A DNA stretch of 64,000 nt from an uncultured Bacilli bacterium (lineage in GTDB: Bacteria > Bacillota_I > Bacilli_A > RF39 > UBA660): positions 3,503 to 67,502 of the forward strand of contig CAKORV010000002.1 in assembly GCA_934101625.1 (NCBI GenBank). Reading direction: 5' to 3'. Every line of letters starts with the position of its first letter. Within the stretch, counting starts at the first letter, position 1. Made by a program: the position numbers and the translations under genes. A model generated the notes under the pieces. That model did not search any database. It was not told the DNA's origin and saw nothing but the letters and a program-made list of their open reading frames with translations. Positions 8,207-17,544 of this stretch are shown here, in pieces.

Positions 8207-10411
8207 ATGATTAAGTTAGATAAGGTAAGTAAGTATTATTATTCTAATGGTATGGTGAGTTCTGGAATCTCTAAAGTTTCTTTGGAATTTAATATGGGTG
8301 AATTTATTGCGATTACTGGTGCTTCAGGAAGTGGTAAATCAACATTATTAAATGTAATAAGTGGTCTTGATACTTATGAAGATGGAGAAATGTATATTAA
8401 TGGAAAAGAGACTAGTCATTATACAGAAAGAGAATATGAAGATTATAGAAGAAATTATATAGGTAATATATTTCAAAACTTTAATCTTATTAATAGTTAT
8501 ACTGTTTATCAAAATGTTGAATTGGTTCTTTTATTAAATGGATATAAAAGAAGAGAGGTTAAATCTAGAATATTAGATATTTTAAAGAAAGTTGGACTTT
8601 ATAAGTATAGACATACTAAAGTATCTAAATTAAGTGGTGGTATGAAACAACGTGTTGCGATTGCGAGATGTTTGGCAAAAGATACACCTATAATAATTGC
8701 TGATGAACCTACTGGTAATTTGGATTCTAGGTCTGCAGAAAGTATTATTAAATTACTAAGTGAAATAAGTGAATATAAATTAGTAATAATTGTAACACAT
8801 AACTACGACCAAGTAAGCGAGTATGTTACAAGAAAAATTACTATGCATGATGGAAGAGTAATTGAAGATAATAAAATAAAGGATTATAAAAAAGTAGATA
8901 ATTTTAATTTAAGTACTAATAAAGATGCTAAGATAATATCAAAATTAAGACTTGGTATTAGAAATACATTTAATATATTACCAAAGTTCTTATTACTTAG
9001 TTTTGTGTATTTGTTTATTATTTTTGCAATTAGTATGACATATGCTTCTTTTCAAAAAGGTGAATATGAGTCAAGTATAAGTGGAAGTAATGCATTTTTT
9101 AATACTAAAGATTTAGAGAAAAGAATTATTATTAGGAAGTTAGATGGAACAAATATAACTGATGAAGAATATGAAAGTATTTCTCATATTAATAATGTAG
9201 ATTATATTGTTAGAGATGATTTAGTTTTAGATAATCAAATAGATATTTATGATAATGATGTTTATTTATATGGATATGCTAATGAGGCTTCTAAGTTTAA
9301 AGGTAAAGTTGATTTAGGAAGAAATATTGAAAATGATAACGAGATAATAGTTAGTGGTAGTAAGAATAGTTGGTATTTGAGTGATGGAGATAAAATATTA
9401 GACAAAGAACTTAATATTGAAGGAATATATAATAGTGATGGAAGTGAGTATAAAGTAAAGATTGTAGGTATTTCTTATGATGAGTCTAGAGAATATGAGT
9501 TAGATTTTTATATGAGTAGTACATTAATAAATAAATTTAATAAAACTTTGATTAATAGATTTAGTAAGATGTCATTTTTATTTAATGATAAGTTAGTTAA
9601 TTATGATTATGTGTCTAGTGATATGTTAGTATCTAGTGATAAAGTACCTGAAGGAACAGCGTTTATTAGTGAAAATGATAGTTATAATTGTAAGAAGGGT
9701 AATTGTAAAAAAACTAATTTAGAAGTATCTTTAACAAATCAAAAATTTACTAATAAAATAGATTTAACTATTACTAATGAATATAATAAGAGTAATATTA
9801 AGAGATTATTAGGTATAGATTATAATGATGAGCATTCTAATTCTATTTATGTAAATCAAGCAGATTATGATAAGTTATATGATATGAACAGTTATCAATC
9901 TAGTGTGTTTATTAAAGATTATAAAGAAAAAGATAGTGTTATTAATACATTAAAAGATATGGGATTTGATACTTTCTATCTTAAAGATGGTTTATATATA
10001 TCTACAATGGTAGGTGTTCTTAGAATAGCAAAATTATTAGTTATGGTTGCTTTGATAGTAGTTTTATTCTTTATAAGTTATTTTGTAATTAAGTTAATAC
10101 TTAAATCTAGAAATATTTACTTTAGTATTATAAGAATGCTTGGTAGTAGTATTAGAACAACAAAAAGATTATTAGATATAGAATTATTAACAATTACTAA
10201 TTTAATGTATTTGATTTATATTACTTTCTTAGAATTAGTTAAGCATAATGTTATAGCTAGTGGTATGAAAGATACCTTGAGTTATTTAGGATTAAAGGAA
10301 AATATAATAATTTATGTTATTTTAATAGTTATGACATTCTTATTAAGTACTAAATATGCTAGAAAGATATTTACTAATAGTTCTATGAGTGTTTATAGGA
10401 GTGAGGTGTAA
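8207..10411 (+). CDS. MacB-like ABC transporter, N-terminal ATPase fused to an FtsX-type permease (734 aa)
   Basis: Walker A 'GASGSGKST', signature 'LSGGMKQRVAIAR', Walker B 'IIIADEPTGNLD'. Then one TM helix, a large extracytoplasmic domain and a C-terminal 3-TM FtsX-like bundle. Confidence 0.85.
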   Translation: MIKLDKVSKYYYSNGMVSSGISKVSLEFNMGEFIAITGASGSGKSTLLNVISGLDTYEDGEMYINGKETSHYTEREYEDYRRNYIGNIFQNFNLINSYTVYQNVELVLLLNGYKRREVKSRILDILKKVGLYKYRHTKVSKLSGGMKQRVAIARCLAKDTPIIIADEPTGNLDSRSAESIIKLLSEISEYKLVIIVTHNYDQVSEYVTRKITMHDGRVIEDNKIKDYKKVDNFNLSTNKDAKIISKLRLGIRNTFNILPKFLLLSFVYLFIIFAISMTYASFQKGEYESSISGSNAFFNTKDLEKRIIIRKLDGTNITDEEYESISHINNVDYIVRDDLVLDNQIDIYDNDVYLYGYANEASKFKGKVDLGRNIENDNEIIVSGSKNSWYLSDGDKILDKELNIEGIYNSDGSEYKVKIVGISYDESREYELDFYMSSTLINKFNKTLINRFSKMSFLFNDKLVNYDYVSSDMLVSSDKVPEGTAFISENDSYNCKKGNCKKTNLEVSLTNQKFTNKIDLTITNEYNKSNIKRLLGIDYNDEHSNSIYVNQADYDKLYDMNSYQSSVFIKDYKEKDSVINTLKDMGFDTFYLKDGLYISTMVGVLRIAKLLVMVALIVVLFFISYFVIKLILKSRNIYFSIIRMLGSSIRTTKRLLDIELLTITNLMYLIYITFLELVKHNVIASGMKDTLSYLGLKENIIIYVILIVMTFLLSTKYARKIFTNSSMSVYRSEV

Positions 10412-10412
10412 T

Positions 10413-12827
10413 ATGATTAAGTTAATTAATGTTAATAAGTATTTTAATAGACATAGAAAAAGTGAAATACATGTTATAGATAATACTTCTTTAGAGTTAC
10501 CTGACAATGGATTAGTTACATTTTTAGGTGAAAGTGGATGTGGTAAAACTACTCTTTTAAACGCTATAGGTGGTTTAGATAAAGTTAATAAAGGTAAAAT
10601 AATTATTGATGGAGAAAAGATAACTGGTAGAAGTATAAATAAAGTTGATAAGATAAGAAGTTTAAAGATAGGTTACATATTTCAAGATTATAATCTTATA
10701 GATAATATGACTGTTTTTGATAATGTTGCTTTAGCACTTAAAATGAATGGTTTAAAAGATAAAACTGAAATAGAAAAAAGAGTTAATTATGTTTTAGAAC
10801 GTGTTGGAATGTATAGATATAGAAAAAGACTTGCTAATATGCTTAGTGGAGGAGAAAGACAAAGAGTTGGAATTGCAAGGGCTATTGTTAAGAATCCTAA
10901 GATTATTATCGCAGATGAACCTACTGGTAATTTGGATAGTAAGAATACTTTAGAAATAATGAATATAATTAAATCAATTTCTAGGGAAAGATTAGTAATT
11001 TTAGTAACACATGAAAAAGATATTGCTGAATTTTATTCAGATAGAATATTGCATATACAAGATGGTAAAGTTATTAGTGATGAAAAAAATGAGGTTCCAA
11101 GTGATTTAGATTATAGATTAGATGGTAAGATTTATTTAAAAGATATTAAAAATAAAGAAACTGTTAATAAAGACAATTTAAAGATAAATTATTATAATGA
11201 TAATAATGAAAAAATTGAATTAGATATTGTTCTTAAGAATGGTAATATTTATATAAATAGTAAGACTAATGAAAAGGTTGAAGTTCTTAATAATGAATCT
11301 ACTGTTGAATTTGTGAATGAGCATTATAAAAAGATAGATAAAAGTATATATGAAAATTATAAATTTGATTTAGATAGTGTAAGTGATAAAAATTATAAAG
11401 TTAGATACTCAAGTATATATAATCCAATTACTTCTTTAGTTACAGGTATAAAGAAAGTATTGAATTATAAAGCTGTGAAAAAAGTGTTATTGTTTGGTTT
11501 TGTATTGAGTGCGATGTTTATAACATTTAGTGTATCAAGTATACTTGCTTCATTAAAAGTGGATGAAAAGAACTTTTTAAAATATAATAAAAATTATTTA
11601 TTAGTTAATGATAAACAGGTGTCTTTAGATGATTTTGTTAAGTATAGTGATAACGAAGATATAAAGTATGTTATACCAGGAGAATCTATTGTGACATTTA
11701 TATTGAGGTTTAATAAATATTATCAAACTTTTAATAGTAGTGTTAGTTTAACTGGATCTATGACTGATAAAAGTTATTTAAGTGAAAATAATATTATATA
11801 TGGTAGAAGTATTAGTGAATCTAATGAAATAATTGTTGATAAATTTATTATAGATAAAGTAATAAATGAAGACTATAATGCTAAAATGGCTGGATATGGT
11901 AAAGCAATAGATTACATTAATCAAGTTGTTAGTTTAGGTGGTGTTAAAGATTATACTATAGTAGGTATATCTGATACTGGAGAGCCAAATATTTATGTTA
12001 GTGATAGTGAATTTTATACAATTATAGATAATAGCAAAGAAGATTTATATTCATATGATGATGGAAGTACTATTGTTGATTATAATTTAGTAAGTGATTT
12101 TACTTTGGTTAAAGGTAGAATGCCAGAGAATGCTTATGAAGTAATAATTAATAATGATTTAAGTGATACTTATAAATTAAATAAAACAATAGATACAAAA
12201 ATTAATGATACTAAACTTACTGTTGTTGGTTATTACACAAGTTTAAGTAATATTAATAAGTATTTAGTTGGACCAGAAACAATAAGAATAAAGGTTATAA
12301 CTTCTACAAGTAATGTGAGTGTTTATACTGAAAATAAAGAGGCAGTAACAAAATATTTTAAAGACAATGATATAAATGTTGAAGATTCTTATAAGAAAAG
12401 TAAAGATGTTTATATGTCTGATATTAGAGATAGTTTGAATAGTAAGTTATTATTTAGTGGAATTATTTTAGTTGTTTCGTTAGTGGAAATTTTCTTGATG
12501 ATTAGAAGTAGTTTCTTATCTCGTGTTAGAGAAGTTGGTATTTTAAGAGCTATTGGATTTAAAAGAAGAGATATTTATAAGATGTTTGGTGGAGAAATAC
12601 TTGCGATTACATTGCTTGCTAGTACACCTGGATATTTAATAATGAGTTATATATTGTATCAATTAGCAAAGATGCCTTATGTAAGTAGTTATATTGAATT
12701 TAGTCCAATTATGTTGATTGTAAGTTATGTTTTAATATTAATGTTTAATTTAGTATTTGGATTAATACCGGTTTATAGAACGATTAGTAAAAGACCAGCA
12801 AGAATATTAAGTAGAAATGATGCATAA
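10413..12827 (+). CDS. Second MacB-like ABC ATPase–FtsX permease fusion (805 aa from the ATG at 10413)
   Basis: Walker A 'GESGCGKTT', 'LSGGERQRVGIARA', 'IIADEPTGNLD', and an FtsX-like C-terminus. RBS GAGGTG before the ATG at 10413. Confidence 0.85.
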   Translation: MIKLINVNKYFNRHRKSEIHVIDNTSLELPDNGLVTFLGESGCGKTTLLNAIGGLDKVNKGKIIIDGEKITGRSINKVDKIRSLKIGYIFQDYNLIDNMTVFDNVALALKMNGLKDKTEIEKRVNYVLERVGMYRYRKRLANMLSGGERQRVGIARAIVKNPKIIIADEPTGNLDSKNTLEIMNIIKSISRERLVILVTHEKDIAEFYSDRILHIQDGKVISDEKNEVPSDLDYRLDGKIYLKDIKNKETVNKDNLKINYYNDNNEKIELDIVLKNGNIYINSKTNEKVEVLNNESTVEFVNEHYKKIDKSIYENYKFDLDSVSDKNYKVRYSSIYNPITSLVTGIKKVLNYKAVKKVLLFGFVLSAMFITFSVSSILASLKVDEKNFLKYNKNYLLVNDKQVSLDDFVKYSDNEDIKYVIPGESIVTFILRFNKYYQTFNSSVSLTGSMTDKSYLSENNIIYGRSISESNEIIVDKFIIDKVINEDYNAKMAGYGKAIDYINQVVSLGGVKDYTIVGISDTGEPNIYVSDSEFYTIIDNSKEDLYSYDDGSTIVDYNLVSDFTLVKGRMPENAYEVIINNDLSDTYKLNKTIDTKINDTKLTVVGYYTSLSNINKYLVGPETIRIKVITSTSNVSVYTENKEAVTKYFKDNDINVEDSYKKSKDVYMSDIRDSLNSKLLFSGIILVVSLVEIFLMIRSSFLSRVREVGILRAIGFKRRDIYKMFGGEILAITLLASTPGYLIMSYILYQLAKMPYVSSYIEFSPIMLIVSYVLILMFNLVFGLIPVYRTISKRPARILSRNDA

Positions 12828-12985
12828 TCATTTCTATTTTTTACATAATAGCGAGTTATTGACCATTTTTAGGGGTATATATGCCATTTTTGGGCGATAA
12901 CTTATTTTTCTTTGTATAAAAATGTTTGTCTAAGTGTTGACTTTTAATTCAAAATAGGGTATCATTTAGAAGTAATCAGGCAAAT

Positions 12986-13076
12986 GGAGTGATACTCAAG
13001 TGGTTGAAGAGGCGCCCCTGCTAAGGGTGTAGATCGGGAAACTGGTGCGAGAGTTCAAATCTCTCTCACTCCGCCA
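12986..13076 (+). tRNA. tRNA-Ser (anticodon GCU), type II with a long variable arm
   Basis: GGAGTGATACTCAAGTGGTTGAAGAGGCGCCCCTGCTAAGGGTG...GAGTTCAAATCTCTCTCACTCCGCCA. Anticodon loop CTGCTAA, encoded CCA. Upstream promoter TTGACT-17-TATCAT. Confidence 0.93.
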
Positions 13077-13144
13077 ATTATAATATTAACTCCTTAATGG
13101 AGTTTTTTCTTTATATTTTAATAAAAAAATGATATAGTTAATTC

Positions 13145-15322
13145 ATGAAAGAAAATAGTTACATTAAAGGAAATATAGTTAAAATATTATATGAAAGTTC
13201 TACTGGTTATAAAGTAGGACTATTTAAAGTGAAAGAGTCTAGTGACGATGTAAAAGAATTTTTGAATAAGACTATGACATTTACTGGTAATTTTATGCCT
13301 CTTAATAATGAAATAACTTATATTTTTAAAGGTAATTTGATAAATCATGCTAGATTTGGAATACAGTTTAATGTAACAAGTTATGAATCTGTCATACCAA
13401 GTGATACTGATGGAATAATAATGTATTTATCTAGTGGCATATTTAAAGGAATAGGACCAAAAACCGCTAAAGTAATTGTAGATACTTTTGGTGAAGAGAC
13501 TATAAATGAAATAAAGAATGGTAACCCTGTTTTATCTAGATTAAAGGGTATGAATGAGAAGAAAGCAAGGGAACTTACTAAGAAAATATTAGAATATGAT
13601 AAAGATCAAGAATTGATTATAGAATTTAATAAATTAGGTTTTACTACTGAAGAGTGTTTAAAAATTGTTAATAAATATAAAGATAGATGCTTTGATATTA
13701 TAGAAAATAATATATATATGTTAGAAAGTGATATTAATTTTATAAAGTTAGATAAAGTTTTTTTAACTAATCATGATGAATTTGAATGTGTTAGGATTGA
13801 TGCTTTAATTAAATATTCAATTAAAAATCTTTGTTATACAACTGGGGATACTTTAGTTACTAGAGAAAGTTTATATTTAGAGATGAATAAATATTTTAGT
13901 ACTAATTTAGATAGTAAGTTGTTTTTAGATAGGCTTAATGATTTGATTGTTTGTAAAACTGTTATAGAGGTGGATGAATTTATTACTTTAAATATGTTTT
14001 ATGAAACTGAAGTTGAAATTGCTGATACTATAAATTATTTAAATAAAATTAAACCTACTTTTAATAAAGATGATATAGATGACTATATTAATAAGTATCA
14101 AAAAGAAAATAATATTACTTTTAATAATTCTCAAATAGAAGCGATTAAAGGAAGCTTATTAAATAATTTATTTATTATTACAGGTGGACCAGGTACTGGT
14201 AAAACCACTATTATTAAAGCAGTAGTGGATATTTATGAAAAATTATGTGGTGATATTGAACTTAAAGATATTACTCTTCTAGCGCCTACTGGAAAAGCTA
14301 GTAAAAGAATAACTGAAAGTGTACATAGAAAGTCTAGTACTATTCATAAGTTCTTAAAGTGGAATAAAGAAACTAAGGAATTTAGTGTTAATAGATTTAA
14401 TCCTGTAGATACTAGGTTAGTCATAATAGATGAATTTAGTATGGTAGATATATTTTTATTTAATAGTTTATTAGATGGTTTAACAAGTAAAGTGAAATTA
14501 ATTTTAGTGGGGGATGCCAATCAATTACCTAGTATTCAACCAGGAAATATTTTAGCGGATTTACTTAGTGATAAAAATTTACCAGGAATATATTTGACAG
14601 ATATTTATAGAACTAAAAAGGAGTCTTATATAATTCCTCTTGCGATGGATATAAAGAATAGAAAAGTTTTTGAAGATTTTCCTACTAATTATGAAGATTT
14701 TAAATTTTTCTCAGTACCAGATATACAAATTAAATCTTATTTAACTACAATTTTTAAACATGCTAGAGATAAGAATATGTCTATAGAAGATTTTCAAGTT
14801 TTGATTCCTATGTATAAGGGAGAAAATGGAATAGATAATATTAATAATTTAATGCAATCTATATTTAATCCTGAATCTATCATGAAAAAAGAAATTGTTA
14901 TTAGAGATGTAACTTATAGGGAAGGAGATAAAGTTATTCAATTAGTTAATGATGTTGATAATAATATATTTAATGGAGATACTGGATATATTAAAAGAAT
15001 TATTATGGGTAAGAATCCTTTTATTGAAATAGATTATAATGGTAATGTAGTGTCCTATAAAAAAGGTAAGTTTGATGAATTTACTTTGGCTTATGCAATA
15101 AGTGTGCATAAAAGTCAGGGAAGTGAATATGATAATGTAGTGGTGGTTTTACCTTCTAATATGAAGAGAATGCTTTATAATAAACTTATTTATACAGCTG
15201 TTACAAGAGCTAAAAAGAGTTTAATTATTATTGGAAATATAGATAGTTTAAATTATGCTGTTAAAACTGAATATAGTGTATATAGAAATACAGCTTTAAA
15301 GAAAATTTTAGGTATAAATTAA
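13145..15322 (+). CDS. recD2: RecD2-like SF1 ATP-dependent DNA helicase
   Basis: Walker A 'GGPGTGKTT', SF1 helicase motifs, an N-terminal OB/HhH region and a length of ~725 aa. Confidence 0.88.
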   Translation: MKENSYIKGNIVKILYESSTGYKVGLFKVKESSDDVKEFLNKTMTFTGNFMPLNNEITYIFKGNLINHARFGIQFNVTSYESVIPSDTDGIIMYLSSGIFKGIGPKTAKVIVDTFGEETINEIKNGNPVLSRLKGMNEKKARELTKKILEYDKDQELIIEFNKLGFTTEECLKIVNKYKDRCFDIIENNIYMLESDINFIKLDKVFLTNHDEFECVRIDALIKYSIKNLCYTTGDTLVTRESLYLEMNKYFSTNLDSKLFLDRLNDLIVCKTVIEVDEFITLNMFYETEVEIADTINYLNKIKPTFNKDDIDDYINKYQKENNITFNNSQIEAIKGSLLNNLFIITGGPGTGKTTIIKAVVDIYEKLCGDIELKDITLLAPTGKASKRITESVHRKSSTIHKFLKWNKETKEFSVNRFNPVDTRLVIIDEFSMVDIFLFNSLLDGLTSKVKLILVGDANQLPSIQPGNILADLLSDKNLPGIYLTDIYRTKKESYIIPLAMDIKNRKVFEDFPTNYEDFKFFSVPDIQIKSYLTTIFKHARDKNMSIEDFQVLIPMYKGENGIDNINNLMQSIFNPESIMKKEIVIRDVTYREGDKVIQLVNDVDNNIFNGDTGYIKRIIMGKNPFIEIDYNGNVVSYKKGKFDEFTLAYAISVHKSQGSEYDNVVVVLPSNMKRMLYNKLIYTAVTRAKKSLIIIGNIDSLNYAVKTEYSVYRNTALKKILGIN

Positions 15323-15361
15323 GTAATTTAGTAAATAATAATACTGAAGGAGAGTGTTATT

Positions 15362-15508
15362 ATGAATTTTATGAAAAATATGGCTTTTATGATGGGTGGC
15401 GTAGGTGTTGGATATTGTGTTTCTAAATATGGAAAAGATATTAAAAAAGCCATGAAAAAAGGTAAAAAAGAAGTAATGAAAACTATCGAAGATTTTGAGA
15501 ATATGTAA
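15362..15508 (+). CDS. Small hypothetical protein (48 aa), not in the ORF track
   Basis: A strong RBS GAAGGAGAG sits 8 nt before the ATG. Sequence MNFMKNMAFMMGGVGVGYCVSKYGKDIKKAMKKGKKEVMKTIEDFENM. A terminator hairpin follows. Confidence 0.35.
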   Translation: MNFMKNMAFMMGGVGVGYCVSKYGKDIKKAMKKGKKEVMKTIEDFENM

Positions 15509-15536
15509 ACTCTAAGTATATTAGAGTTTATTTTTT
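15507..15536 (+). terminator. Rho-independent terminator
   Basis: Stem AAACTCTAA/TTAGAGTTT with a 5-nt loop and a T-run. Confidence 0.5.
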
Positions 15537-15607
15537 GTAAAGTGTTTACAAAAGTAATTGAATTTAATAATTTACATGGTAGAATATAGTTAGATGGGTG
15601 AAGAGAT

Positions 15608-16789
15608 ATGAATAATAAAAAAGAAAAATTAGATATAGAAGGTGTTAATGAGATAGTTAAGACTGGAAGTAAAATATTAAATTTATTTTATGTAGTAATG
15701 GTATTTTTAATTATAATGGGTGTTATTTTTCTATGTAAAACGCTTAATATTTTTCCTATATTATTTACTATATTGTCAGTTGTTAGTCCATTCTTTTTAG
15801 GTTTTATAATTGCATGGCTTTTAAATCCAATTGTTAATAAATTAACTGATAAAGGTATGAGAAGAGGATGGGCAGTTGCTTTAGTATATTTAATGCTTAT
15901 AGTTTTGATATATTTATTTTGTTTGGCAATTATTCCAGCTTTAGTAGATCAACTTAATGAAATGGCTAAGACAGCACCTGAATTATTACTTAATGTTAAA
16001 GATTTAATTAATAATATATTTGTAAAACTTAGTAATGGTACAAATATAGATATGACTAATGTTAAAATGCAATTTATGAATTATTTAGAAGATTTTTCTA
16101 AGAATTTAACTACTGATTTACCAAGTAAAATAGTTTCTATAGTACAAGGGTTAATTAGTGGAGTTGGTAAATTTTTAGTAGGAGCAGTTATTGGATTCTA
16201 CTTATTGATGAATTTTAATAATGTTACTAAGTTCTTGATAAACATGGTTCCTAAGAAATTTAAGGGTGATGTTGAAAAATTATCTAATAATATAAGTGAA
16301 GTTTTATTTGGATTTGTAAATGGAACTTTCTTAGATTCATTAATTTTGTTAGTTATAAATATAATAGGTTTTTCATTGATTGGGCTTAATGCACCAGTGT
16401 TATTTGCAGTATTCTGTGTAGTTACAAATATTATTCCTTATGTGGGACCTTATATTGGTGGTATACCTGCGATTTTAGTTGGGTTTACACAAAGTCCATT
16501 AATAGGAACTTTAATATTGGTATTCATAGTAGCAACTCAAAGTATTGAAGGAAATTTCTTACATCCAATTATTATGGGAAGAAAGATGGATTTACATCCA
16601 GTAACTATAGTAATTTCATTGTTGATATTTGAACACTTCTTTGGTATAATGGGTATGGTTGTTGCGACACCAGTGGTTGCAGTATTAAAAGTAATATATG
16701 TATTCTTAGATGAAAAATTTGATTTCTTTGGATACAGTAAAGATAAAAGCGTTAAAAAAGAAATAAGTAAAGTAAGCAATGCTAAATAG
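15608..16789 (+). CDS. AI-2E family transporter (UPF0118/PerM-like)
   Basis: Multi-TM protein. The C-terminal 'ILVGFTQSPLIGTLILVFIVATQSIEGNFLHPIIMGRKMDLHPV' is typical of the AI-2E family. Confidence 0.88.
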   Translation: MNNKKEKLDIEGVNEIVKTGSKILNLFYVVMVFLIIMGVIFLCKTLNIFPILFTILSVVSPFFLGFIIAWLLNPIVNKLTDKGMRRGWAVALVYLMLIVLIYLFCLAIIPALVDQLNEMAKTAPELLLNVKDLINNIFVKLSNGTNIDMTNVKMQFMNYLEDFSKNLTTDLPSKIVSIVQGLISGVGKFLVGAVIGFYLLMNFNNVTKFLINMVPKKFKGDVEKLSNNISEVLFGFVNGTFLDSLILLVINIIGFSLIGLNAPVLFAVFCVVTNIIPYVGPYIGGIPAILVGFTQSPLIGTLILVFIVATQSIEGNFLHPIIMGRKMDLHPVTIVISLLIFEHFFGIMGMVVATPVVAVLKVIYVFLDEKFDFFGYSKDKSVKKEISKVSNAK

Positions 16790-16794
16790 AGAAC

Positions 16795-16940
16795 TCTTGG
16801 TTGGTGGAAAAGAGAAGTATCTTATTTGAAAGCTATTCTTTGAGTGCTATAATAATAGCCGGGTTCGCCCGTTAGAGAAATTAAGTTAAATAAGGATGGT
16901 ACCACGTTTCTTCGTTCCTTGAAGAGATGTGGTTTTTTCT
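16795..16940 (+). promoter_or_regulatory. T-box riboswitch leader (probable Ala specifier GCU-A) upstream of the dNMP-kinase/alaS operon
   Basis: F-box CCGTTA (cccgttagag), a T-box sequence 'aaataaggatggtaccacg' with 2 mismatches to the consensus, a terminator hairpin plus T-run, and GCUA candidates in stem I. Confidence 0.65.
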
Positions 16941-16981
16941 TTAAATAATTAAGTTAATGCTTTTGGAGAGGAGAGAAGTTA

Positions 16982-17530
16982 ATGGAATTAAGAAATGAAG
17001 ATGCATTAATAGTAATATTTAGTGGTAAGGCCAGAAGTGGTAAAGATACCGCGATGAATATTATTAGAAAAAAATATGAAGAAGATAATAAAAAGGTTAT
17101 TAATCTTCAATTTAGTAGTTATATTAAAGAATATGCTAAAAGAATTAGTAATTGGGATGGAACAGATGAAACAAAACCAAGGGAGTTGCTTCAAGAATTG
17201 GGTACTGATATTATTAGAAATAAGATAGATAAATATTTCTTTATTAATAGAATAATAGATGATATTAAAGTATATAGCTATTTCTTTGATATTATTATGA
17301 TTAGTGATGCTAGATTTCCTGAAGAGATAGAGGCAGTTAAAAAACAATTTAAAAATACTATAAGTATACATATTAATAGACCAAATAATGATACTTTAAC
17401 TAATAGACAAAAAGTACATATTACTGAAACGGCTTTAGATAATTATAGTAATTATGATTATATAGTTAATAATGATGGAACAATTGAAGATTTGAAAAGT
17501 AAGCTAGATAGTTTATATAAAAGTTTATAA
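16982..17530 (+). CDS. Deoxynucleoside monophosphate kinase, phage T4 gp1-like P-loop kinase
   Basis: P-loop 'FSGKARSGKDT', 'LGTDIIRNKID', 'ISDARFPEEIEAV', 'HINRPNNDTLTNRQKVHITETAL' and 'IVNNDGTIEDL' align block-by-block with T4 dNMP kinase (gp1), from memory. Confidence 0.7.
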   Translation: MELRNEDALIVIFSGKARSGKDTAMNIIRKKYEEDNKKVINLQFSSYIKEYAKRISNWDGTDETKPRELLQELGTDIIRNKIDKYFFINRIIDDIKVYSYFFDIIMISDARFPEEIEAVKKQFKNTISIHINRPNNDTLTNRQKVHITETALDNYSNYDYIVNNDGTIEDLKSKLDSLYKSL

Positions 17531-17544
17531 AGGAGAGATGAAAA

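Noticed and set aside
12840-12920. Imperfect inverted repeat (GAGTTATTG ... CGATAACT) upstream of tRNA-Ser
   Set aside because: Only 7/8 bp match and the spacer is long. There is no convincing structure beyond the tRNA promoter.
16826-16860. TTGAAA-16-TATAAT promoter-like match inside T-box 2
   Set aside because: A transcription start there would remove stem I and the specifier loop upstream of the F-box. The match is probably fortuitous in AT-rich DNA.
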